From NCBI RefSeq assembly GCF_001194135.2, contig NC_068993.1, forward strand, positions 39,065,993 to 39,110,508: DNA of 44,516 nt, given 5' to 3'. The position numbers were made by a program, and so were the translations under genes. Positions 33,901 through 44,516 of this stretch are shown piece after piece. The DNA comes from Octopus bimaculoides. Taxonomy: Eukaryota. The stretch's first letter is position 1; each line of letters starts with the position of its first letter. A model generated the notes under the pieces. That model did no database searches and was not told the origin of the DNA. It saw only the letters and a list, made by a program, of their open reading frames with translations.

Positions 33901-34436
33901 ATCTGAACCATGGTCAATCAACATTCTTGTGCCCACTCTCAAGCTGGCTGTACACGAGGACTTTGTGTATTCTTTCATTACTCATTCTGACAGCACGGTC
34001 CTCTGTTGACTTTGATGATGATGATTGAGGTGACTGATCAACTTAATTACCTACATATTGAATTTGCATGTAGGTGTACGACCAGGCTGTTACTTTGAAT
34101 TACCTGTCCCCAGTGTTCTGAAGCCAAAAATTATTCTGTAATATCACTTCTATCTGAATGACACTCACATACTTCATTGTTAATCTCAGAAATGCTCTGA
34201 AGCTCAGATTGGGCCATTGGAAACCCCCGACAGCAATATCGCTGTTGTTATTGTTCACAAAATTGGATATAATATAAATATAGGAAGAAATATATTTGTC
34301 TAAGGAGGGAGAAGTTGTGAAACGAGGATCAATGACACTAGACAAAGTGAAGTACTTAATGTTTAGTGTAGCGGTTCAATAAAGTTGATTCAATTCTGTC
34401 TGTTTGCCTGTCTGTCTGTCTCTTCCCTCTCTCCCT

Positions 34437-34490
<54 letters not shown>

Positions 34491-35734
34491 NNNNNNNNNN
34501 NNNNNNNNNNNNNNNNNNNNNNNNNNNNNNNNNNNNNNNNNNNNNNNNNNNNNNNNNNNNNNNNNNNNNNNNNNNNNNNNNNNNNNNNNNNNNNNNNNNN
34601 NNNNNNNNNNNNNNNNNNNNNNNNNNNNNNNNNNNNNNNNNNNNNNNNNNNNNNNNNNNNNNNNNNNNNNNNNNNNNNNNNNNNNNNNNNNNNNNNNNNN
34701 NNNNNNNNNNNNNNNNNNNNNNNNNNNNNNNNNNNNNNNNNNNNNNNNNNNNNNNNNNNNNNNNNNNNNNNNNNNNNNNNNNTATATATATATATATATA
34801 TACATATATATATAGATGTATGTATCTATGTATATATACATAAACACATGCACACACATGCATACACAATATACATGCCCATGTTTGCATTTGTGAGAAA
34901 GAAAGAGAAAGCGAGAGAGATTGAGAAAGAGGTGGGGGAGAGTGAGAGAGAGAAAATGAGAGAGACAAAGACAGAGAAAGAAAGAGAGGGAGAGATAGAG
35001 AGAGATAGTAGGGTTTTAAGTATATTTATTTGCATATGATAAATAGCAGCACAAACATAGAGAGGAATCATAATACCAGTTCTTAGCTCCAGATTTTGGC
35101 TTCATTAATGTTAAGTGTATGAGGAGAGATTAATATTTCTATGGAAGGGATTTGTGGCTTTCAAAGATAACATTTCCAAATTATCAAGAAGATAATATTA
35201 GATAAACTAAATCATATTTATTTAGCAACAGCAAAAAGTCAGAGCCAGCTGGGATGAACATTTCATTCAATGCTGTTGACACATATTCTTTAGCTCTTCT
35301 ACCAGCCTTCAGTAATTCTTAGTCTAAAATATTTGCAAAGCTACAAGCATGCCCTCAACTCACTTCTGCTCTTTCTGTACAATATAATTGGTTTTCCTTT
35401 ATCATAGCTTTTACTCTTTATTATTTCAAATCTCTTTCTCTGTCTCTAACATCTCCTTCTCTTGTGCATTCTATACTTCCTCACCTCATAAATATTTCTA
35501 ATTATTTCTTTGTATTTAACATAGTTAAACCTGACTTGGTTGGTTGTTAGTGTGTACTTCTTGTGATTGTAAGGTCAGTGTGCAGTTCCTTGACTGGGAA
35601 ACTAGGGAGCTGTATTCTTTCCTCAAACAAGTTATATTGTTTCAAACTGCTTCAGTCTTACTATAGGGAAATACATATCAACAGTCACTGAGAGTTAATT
35701 TTGGGATGGATTGGAACCCTATTCAGGAGAATGT

Positions 35735-36669
35735 CTGAATTGCCTTATCCTGGAAGATCTAGAGAGCTCTACAAGGACATCCTAAAAACCCTGGTGGAAC
35801 AAAATCCCATTGCAACTGTTGAGGAACTAGCAGAGAAGCTTGGATTTGGTTAGTCAATCATTCATTGACTCCTGCATGCCATTGGAAAAGTCAGCAAATT
35901 GGGTCAATGGGTTCTTCACAAAATTTCCAAGTCTAATCATGTGCAGAGAGTGAATGAATGTTTTCTTTGCTGTCATGTCTCACAAATTAACCTTTTTTTG
36001 GACTCAATATTGACTGGTGATGAGAAATTGGTTTTGTATAAAAATGTCAAGTGCTGAAGGCAGTGGTTCTGGAAAGGAGAAACACCAGCACCCCAGGCTA
36101 AAAAAGGTCTTCACCCACGTAAGGTATTGTTATTTGTTTGGTGGGATATGAAAGGTTTAGTCCACTTTGAACTTTTAAGCCCAAACCAAATGATAACAAA
36201 GGAGATCAATTGTGAGCAGCTTGAGCAACTTAAGTCAGTGCTAGAAGTAAAATGACCATCTTTGGTTTCAAGATGAAAGGTGTTCTTCCATCAGGATAAT
36301 GCTCAGCCACATACAGCAAGAATGACATTCCAAAGGCTGGGCCAGTTTGAATGGGAAATGATGCCCCATCCATCATATTCGCCGAACATTGCCCCATTAC
36401 ATAATCATTTATTTTGCGGTCTTCAAAATCATTTTGAAAGAAAAAATATGAATTCTGTAGAAGAGGGCAGGATAGTACTGCAGTAGTATTTTTTGTCACG
36501 GACAAGTGAATTTTGGAAGAAGGGCCTTGTAAGTCTACAAGATAGATGGAAGAACATTGTAGAAAACGAAGGAGATTACATTTTAAATTAAAAAAGAACT
36601 TTGTTTATCTTAATTTTGAAAAATGAAAAAAAACATAAAAAACTGCATTATTTATGGGATGACCCAATA
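35735..36669 (+). mobile_element. mariner transposon remnant (5' end lost or unrecognisable, 3' TIR intact)
   Basis: LVEQNPIATVEELAEKLG, KVSKLGQWV, ILTGDEK, LHPRKVLLFVWWD, FHQDNAQPHTA and WEMMPHPSYSPNIAP, with many stops or frameshifts. TIR tgcattatttatgggatgacccaa is followed by TATA. Confidence 0.9.
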
Positions 36670-37674
36670 TATATATATTAGTAAGGTGACGAAGAATGAA
36701 ATTAGTGCCACTTTAATATTTGTTTCAGCTGATTCACTCCCAATCTGTTTCTTACTGCATTGCATGGGAATGATTCCATGTGAAAAGTTATGCAATATAT
36801 GTGGTTGAGTTCACACAGAATCATTTACTTGCAATGGGGTTAAAAACAGGGTGGTACAGAAACAATTGTGACGAGTATTACATTTGTGATAAATACATTG
36901 TTTGCCTTTTTATGTATCTGATACATTATGTTCCAAATACTTACACACTGGTTTTACCTGTGAGGTACCTGGAGTTCCAGTACCTCTGCACTTGGAAGTT
37001 TTTCAAAATTCATGTGTTAGCCAGGAGTGACTGTGTTGTGAGTTACTGCTCTACACAGACATGCTACACTACACTACACATACGTGCACACACGCACACA
37101 CACACACACATGCATAAATGTCTTTCTATATATGTGTGCATCTAGAAATATACATACATGCATGCAAACACACATACACACACACACACACATATGTATA
37201 TATGTATGTATATTGATATATTGAACAATCTAACACATAAATACAATTTCATAACTCTGTTTTAATTTACAATATGCTAGCAGTTTTATGTATTTCATTT
37301 TCATTCTTTCTCACTTTACTATTTATTTATTTCTTTTTTTGTTTCCTCAGCCATTCTCTCAGAATTACATTCAATTCTTTTTCATATATTATATTTAATG
37401 TTCCCCACCATTTCCTCACACCGCTATGTATTCTTGTTTTCACTTCAATTTTCATATTTTAGTATATTTCTCCACATCTCCTTTCCTCATTCACCACCCC
37501 CGCACCACCTCTTATCCCTTAGTTTTCAGCCATGACACAATTCAATTCTGTTTTATTTTTTTTTTACTGTAGTTTTTTTTTTATTTTCTTTTTCCCCTTC
37601 TACAACTGGTCCTTTTATATTTCAACTTAGAGCAATATCTTGCTTTGTTCCATGAAAAACAAAATGTGCTTATA

Positions 37675-37691
37675 AACTTATACATAGATAC

Positions 37692-37761
<70 letters not shown>

Positions 37762-37814
37762 ATATTTATTCATACTTGCATTTATATCTATATATTTATA
37801 CTTACATTTATATA

Positions 37815-37865
<51 letters not shown>

Positions 37866-38667
37866 ATTGATAATTTTCTCTCTAACTACAAATTTTGGTT
37901 TTTTAAATACACACCAGGAAATCAGTAGGTAACAAATATATAAACAGGAACAAGAAGAAAAGAATGGTAAAAATGCAAGAATGAAACAAAAAAGAGAAAC
38001 AGAATGGCAAAAGAAAAACAAAGCCCCCCCACAAAAAAAATGGCATTACACCCTTGCCAGTAGAAACACTGTTATTTTGCCTATTTTTTCCTGTTGCTGT
38101 TGTTGGCGTTGATTTTGCTCTCTTTCTGTGATGGTGATGGCGAAGAAGAAGATGATATTGTTTGGCTTGTGGGTGTTGAAATATGGTGTTGCTGTTGTTA
38201 ATATTCTTGTTGATTTTTACATCTTTGTTTTCGGTCACAGTTTAAAGAATAACAAAGAGCTTTTGTATCCCTTTCAGTCAGTTTATTATATACATACATA
38301 TGCATGCACATATACATACATATATACATACATATGCACACACACACATACACGCGCACACATACACGTGCACACATACACATACTTATGTATATGTATG
38401 TGTGCATATAAAAATAAATATAAGCATGTGTATATATATAAAAGAGGTATATATGTATGTGTATTTAAATGAATGTATGTTAATTTTTACAACAGCATGA
38501 GAGAGGAAAATTATTGGCAACATTACATACGTGATTATTCAAAAAACATACATCTATGTAGTTACATGTGTGCATGTATGTATATATATATATTGTGAAA
38601 TATATAATTAGATTTATTTACATTCATACATCCATCACATTCTCTCTCTATCCTCCCCTCTCTTTAT

Positions 38668-38737
<70 letters not shown>

Positions 38738-39095
38738 GCATGTATGTATGTATGTATATGTGTGTCTGTGTGTATGTATGTAAGTATGTATGGATGGATG
38801 TAGGTATAGCACTAGAAGCAACAATATGTTAACATACAAATCTATGCACAAACAATTTGGCACTTATAAGCATGTAATATACATACAGACAAGCATACAT
38901 ACATATAGTTATATGTACATGTATATATATATATATGTGTGTGTGTATATATACATAATTAGAAATGTTTATCATAAAATACAATACTTCTTAATGCACA
39001 AAGTATTATACATACATATCTTTCTAGATGAATTTGCATATATGAACTCACATACCAACACATATCTGCACACACACACACACACACACACGCAA

Positions 39096-39154
<59 letters not shown>

Positions 39155-39200
39155 TGCATATATATATGTATGTATATATGTATGTATGTGAGAGAGAGAT
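37675..39200. repeat. multiple (TA)n/(CA)n/(TG)n microsatellites separated by AT-rich sequence
   Basis: Direct reading of the sequence. Confidence 0.75.
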
Positions 39201-39919
39201 ATGGAGAGAGGGAGAGGGAGATTTATATATGTAAAATATTGTACAAACCAAACTGCATATTACAGCTTTGAACTCTTATTATATTTTTAATAATGAAATA
39301 AAAAAAATCATTCCTTTATCTTTCAGACACACAGAAAAAAAAAAACTTGGCCCAAAGAACTAAAATAACTAGAGAAAAATAAACAAATAATATTTCACTA
39401 AAACAACAACAAGTGGAAAATAACAATAAAAAATAGCCAGAATGAAGAAAAAATAAACATGCTTTGTCTGAAATTTGGAATGAGTTGAATACAACTAAAG
39501 ACTCACACAACATTATTATTTTCAGTTATTTTATTGTTGATGTGGTCACAGAGTTATATTGTGTAAAATATGTGTGTTTAGTGTATTTTCTGACTCATTT
39601 TATTATTTTTAGTTTTTAATGTGTGTACGAGTGTGTGTGTGTATATGTGGATGTGTGTGTGTGAGTGCATAAGCATATGTATGCAAGCATGTGTGTATGT
39701 GCAAGTGAGAGTGTGCATGTGTGTGGTGTTATTATTTACTATTGCGAAATGAAACAAGTCAAAGTTAAATGGAAAATGAACTAGCAACTGGCGGATGGCT
39801 GGAAGCTTCATGTTCTTTTATTGTTGTTGTTGTTCTGGTTGATGTTTCATTTATTGTTATTTTTTAATACATTTATATACTTAGACATATGCATTTGTAG
39901 GTATGTATATTTCTATGCG

Positions 39920-39967
<48 letters not shown>

Positions 39968-39977
39968 NNNNNNNNNN

Positions 39978-40054
<77 letters not shown>

Positions 40055-40250
40055 TATATGTGTGTGTATATATACATACATAATGTACATGTATACATAT
40101 ACATTATGCATTTATACATACAGACACACGCGTGTGTGTGTGTATATGGACGTATAAATACAAAAAAAAAATGAGTATGCATTTGTAGGTATGTGGACAT
40201 AGTGACCATATACTTCTTTCAATGTTCAAGGCAACTAAGAAAAGTACTTA

Positions 40251-40306
<56 letters not shown>

Positions 40307-40686
40307 TCCCCACACACCTACACCCAGACATACATATATATATATGCACACACACACACACACACATACCTGCTGACATGAAAATTTGTTTCACGAGTTT
40401 TATTATTTATATATACATGCATGTATATATATATATGTTTAGTTTTTGTGTACACATACACACATATGTAGCTGTACATATATGCATGTATGTATGTGTA
40501 CCCGAGTTTCTACGAGAGAGAAAGAGAGAGAGAGAGAGAGACAGTGTCATTTGATTAATCCTGATTTTGAATCAAGTTCTATAAAAGCAGTTACATTGAC
40601 TCGCTGTTTCCCGCCTTGGTAGGAACATAATTTAGACTGAGTTTCAGCACCAATATAAGTGCATTTCCGTATATATACACACACAC

Positions 40687-40741
<55 letters not shown>

Positions 40742-40891
40742 NNNNNNNNNNNNNNNNNNNNNNNNNNNNNNNNNNNNNNNNNNNNNNNNNNNNNNNNNNN
40801 NNNNNNNNNNNNNNNNNNNNNNNNNNNNNNNNNNNNNNNNNNNNNNNNNNNNNNNNNAGTATATATATTATTGCTTATAAATGTGAAAGCC

Positions 40892-40945
<54 letters not shown>

Positions 40946-41285
40946 AGTCTCTGTGTGTGTGCCTATGTGTATGTGTCTATGTGTGGTGTGTGTGTGTGGC
41001 TTTAATAACGCACAATCAAAATAACATGCACAGCTACACACTCACAGCTTCAGTCACATATACCAATACAGAAATTTACTGTTGATCCTGAATACTTACC
41101 AATGAAAACAAATGACTTTTTTTCATTACTGTATTTGTTATTTTTATTTTATGTAGTCTCGTTTTATTTATTTATTTATTTTTTTCATTTAATATCATTA
41201 TTATTATTTGCTAAAATGAAATCAACATATTATTCAATGCAAATGCACAGGTCAATGTAACACTGTGGCAATAGTGCTACACAAC

Positions 41286-41319
<34 letters not shown>

Positions 41320-41549
41320 ATGTGTGTGTGTGTGTGTATTTATATGCGCGCGTCTGTGTGTGTGTGTGTGTATATACATATATATATGTGTGTGTATATA
41401 TACATATATGTATGTGTGTATATATATGTATATATATATATGTATGTATATATATATAGATATACATGTATATATGTATGTATATATGTATATATATATA
41501 TATGTGTGTGTATGCATATATATATATGTATATATATATNNNNNNNNNN

Positions 41550-41583
<34 letters not shown>

Positions 41584-41584
41584 C

Positions 41585-41648
<64 letters not shown>

Positions 41649-42110
41649 GAATGTACATATGTGTACACATATGAATGTATATATGTATGTATATATGTAT
41701 ATATATATGTTTGTATATATATATATAGAAATATATATATGTATGTGTGTGTGTGTGTGTGTGTGGATGTATTTATATATACGTGCTTACATAAATGTGA
41801 TATATTTATTGGTGATCAACATTTTTTTTTATAATGGAGTGAATATAAAGAAAAAATTACTTTGAAACTAAACTTACCTTACAACAACAATAGCACACAC
41901 CCCTCTCTCTCTCACACATACACACTAACATATTCACACAGATTCACATATACACACACACACACATACACTGATGTACACGTGCTTAAAACTTCCTTTC
42001 ATTTTGTCATATATTTCATTCCATTTGTACTTTCAAAATACATACATTCATAGATATACAAACCATGTATATATAAATATATACATATAAGTATATGCAC
42101 ACATTATATA

Positions 42111-42145
<35 letters not shown>

Positions 42146-42181
42146 CATCACACATACATATGTGCACATATGTATCATTTA

Positions 42182-42238
<57 letters not shown>

Positions 42239-42255
42239 ATACATATACACACACA
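39920..42255. repeat. dense (TG)n/(TA)n/(CA)n compound microsatellite field
   Basis: Direct reading. These repeats explain all ORFs in 39821-42395. Confidence 0.8.
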
Positions 42256-42707
42256 TACGTTTCTAAAAAGACAAAGAGTGGAAGGAAGAGAGAGAACAAG
42301 TGGGAGAGAGAGGGTGAGTAAACCACACAATAACATTTTTTTCTTTTTGCAAATATAACAAAAATTTCATCACAGAAATATATCTGTGTTGACAAAATGC
42401 CAAAATAATTTGTTTTATTAAATTTGAAAAAAGAAAATGATTTTCAAATTTTCTGAAAGCAATAATTCATATTATTATTGCATTTTTCATTTATATACTA
42501 ATATATTTTTTCCTTTATTTGATTCTTCTGAAAGTCACAATGGTAATCTCATTAAACTACTAGCAGACATTTGGCTGAAAATATGTCAGTTTTGGGTTTG
42601 TTACTAGAATTAAAACCTTTAGTCACTGAATTCCAGAATAATGGTTAGGTGTTTTGATTAATTTTTGGAAACGATCAACAATTTGGGTGGTTTTGATAAA
42701 ATAATTA

Positions 42708-43234
42708 CAGTAATGCCTTGATATACAAAATAATTTGTTCCAGGAGACTGCTTGTGAAACGAAAAACTCATAAAGCAGAGCAATAATTTCTCATAGTAGC
42801 AATGTTATAAATCGTAATTCGTTCCCAGAAAAATATTTTACCTAAAAAATTTATCACACCTATAAATAAGTGGTAATGAAACAACAGTAGAATAAACAAT
42901 ATTTTATTTTAAGTAAAAAGAATATCAAGGTTATCTATAATAAAAAATATTATTATCATAATCGTTTTCTAAATCTCTTTCATTCGCACTAGACTCATGC
43001 AAACCATCACTTGTAGACATGATCGCCGATTCACAAGCACTCGTAGACGGATTCGTAGATTTCTTTTTTGAAAACCTAGTTTAGAGCTGTTTGCTTAGAA
43101 GCTTTTTGCAGAAGCATTTGTTATGGTAGTAGTAACTTTTGCTCTTCATTTAAAATTTGAATCTTGTGCTTGAAAAATAATACTCGTAAAACCGGGGTCT
43201 TGTAAGCGGGTTTTCGTAAAGTGAGGTATTACCG
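42708..43234. mobile_element. Tigger/pogo-like non-autonomous element (MITE-like)
   Basis: TA|cagtaatgccttgatatacaaa at the left end and ttcgtaaagtgaggtattaccg|TA at the right. The imperfect ~22-bp TIRs match at 15/22 with CAGT-type ends and TA on both sides. Confidence 0.6.
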
Positions 43235-43387
43235 TATTTCTTCATTATTAATTTGGTGAAAGGTAGCAGCCTAATCTGGCAGAATCGTTAGTACTCTGGA
43301 AAACTGGTCAAATTCTTCATAATATTTGTTTTTCCCCTTTATATTCTTTGCATTTTATCCTTTTGGGGGTGATAAAATATTGAAATA

Positions 43388-43548
43388 GGTGCAGGAGTGA
43401 CTGTGTGGTAAGAAGATTGCTTCCCAACCACATGGTTTCGGGTTCAGTCCCATTGTATGGCTCCATGGGCAAGTGTCTTCTATCATAGTCTCGGGCCAAC
43501 GAAAGGTTTATGAGTGGATTTGGTTGACGGAAACTGAAAGAGGCATGT

Positions 43549-43553
<5 letters not shown>
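43388..43553 (+). mobile_element. SINE family B, 5' half, ending in (TA)n
   Basis: ggagtgactgtgtggtaagaag...ggaaactgaaagagg. Confidence 0.85.
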
Positions 43554-43581
<28 letters not shown>

Positions 43582-43587
<6 letters not shown>

Positions 43588-43960
43588 ACGAGGATGATCA
43601 GCTGCATAAAGAAGCGTCAATCTCCAACTGTGAAGGGAACCTGTGGAAGAGGCAGCCCCAGGAAGACGTAGGACGAGCTGTCGAAGCATGATATTCAGAT
43701 GTTAGATCTCACGAAGGCGATGACAAATGATCGTGACCTTTGGTGAAATCATAGGCGTGGACAAAGCCAGTGACACATAAAAGGCACCCGTGTCAGGGAA
43801 ACGTAAAAGACACTCACTACACTCTTGGAGTGGTTGGCGTTAGGAAGAGCATCCAGTAGTAGAAACCGCGCAAAATCAGACTGGATCCTGGTACAGTTCT
43901 CCATCTGACCAGCTCCTGTCAAACCATCTAACCCATGCCAGCATGGAAAATAGACGCTAT
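43582..43960 (+). mobile_element. RTE-clade LINE 3' end (ORF C-terminus plus partly deleted 3' UTR)
   Basis: VKGTCGRGSPRKT*DELSKHDIQMLDLTKAMTNDRDLW (GRPRKTW motif), then ggttggcgttaggaagagcatccag and aacccatgccagcatggaaa as at 27177-27414. Confidence 0.85.
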
Positions 43961-43961
43961 A

Positions 43962-44133
43962 GCACACAGGATATTTAGCACACTGGGTAGAGTTCAAACT
44001 CTACTGAGGTCAACTTTGCCTTTTATCCTTTCGGGATCGGTAAAATAAGTACTAGTTGAGCAGTGTGGTCAATGTAATTGACTATCCCTTCTCCACAAAA
44101 ATTTCAGGCCTTGTGCTTATAATAGAAAGAATT
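43962..44133 (+). mobile_element. SINE family A copy, head degenerate
   Basis: gagttcaaactc...ttttatcctttcggg...aataagtactag...aaaatttcaggccttgtg...tagaaagaatt. Confidence 0.8.
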
Positions 44134-44516
44134 AATAAAGAGAATGAATGGGAGAAAGAGAGCCTGCCTTATGTCGACCCAATAGAGGGACCAGCTATCC
44201 GAGTTGATAGTACCAGGGTAGATAAAGCAATTAAGAGTATGAAGACCGGGAAAGCCCCCGGCCCATCAGGAATCACTGCAGAGATGCTCAAAATATCTGG
44301 CAGTGTTGGCTATAGCCTAGTCACCCGTATTACGAACCAGGTGATACACGAAGGAGTCATACCCTATGACTGGTGTAGCAGCATCATAGTCAACTGCTAC
44401 AAAGGTAAAGGGGACGCTTTAGATACAAATAATTACAGAGGCATCAAGCTGTTAGATCAGGTTATGAAAGTTACAGAGAGGGTCATAGCCCAACTAATTA
44501 GGGAGCGAATCAATTT
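44134..44516 (+). mobile_element. RTE-clade LINE reverse transcriptase, N-terminal part; open frame runs off the window end
   Basis: My translation from 44134 has no stop: NKENEWEKESLPYVDPIEGPAIRVDSTRVDKAIKSMKTGKAPGPSGITAEMLK...DWCSSIIVNCYKGKGDALDTNNYRGIKLLDQVMKVTERVIAQLIRERIN. It shows the LINE RT motifs KAPGPxGI, KGKGD and NYRGIxLL. It is absent from the ORF track. Confidence 0.92.

Overview
AT-rich, microsatellite-saturated animal non-coding DNA (intergenic or a long intron). From the SINE and LINE repertoire I infer it is Octopus or another coleoid cephalopod; this comes from recognising the repeats, not from a database match. I can support no intact host protein-coding gene, and nearly all ORFs in the track come from (TA)n/(TG)n/(GAT)n repeats or N-gaps. 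The real content is a layered set of mobile-element remnants: Tc1, two mariners, a maT-like fragment, a Tigger/pogo-like MITE, RTE-clade LINE pieces with (GAT)n tails, HERO-like and R4/Dong-like restriction-like-endonuclease (RLE) retrotransposon ends, and at least four tRNA-derived SINE families (my labels A, B, D, E) that share modules. Three signals stand out. (1) Three hammerhead-ribozyme-like motifs of the Penelope-element type, at 1844-1878, 2630-2664 and, best, 22003-22087. (2) RLE retrotransposons apparently inserting into microsatellites, two of them into SINE tails and one into (CATA)n. (3) Nested insertions, an inverted SINE pair and a templated-insertion scar.
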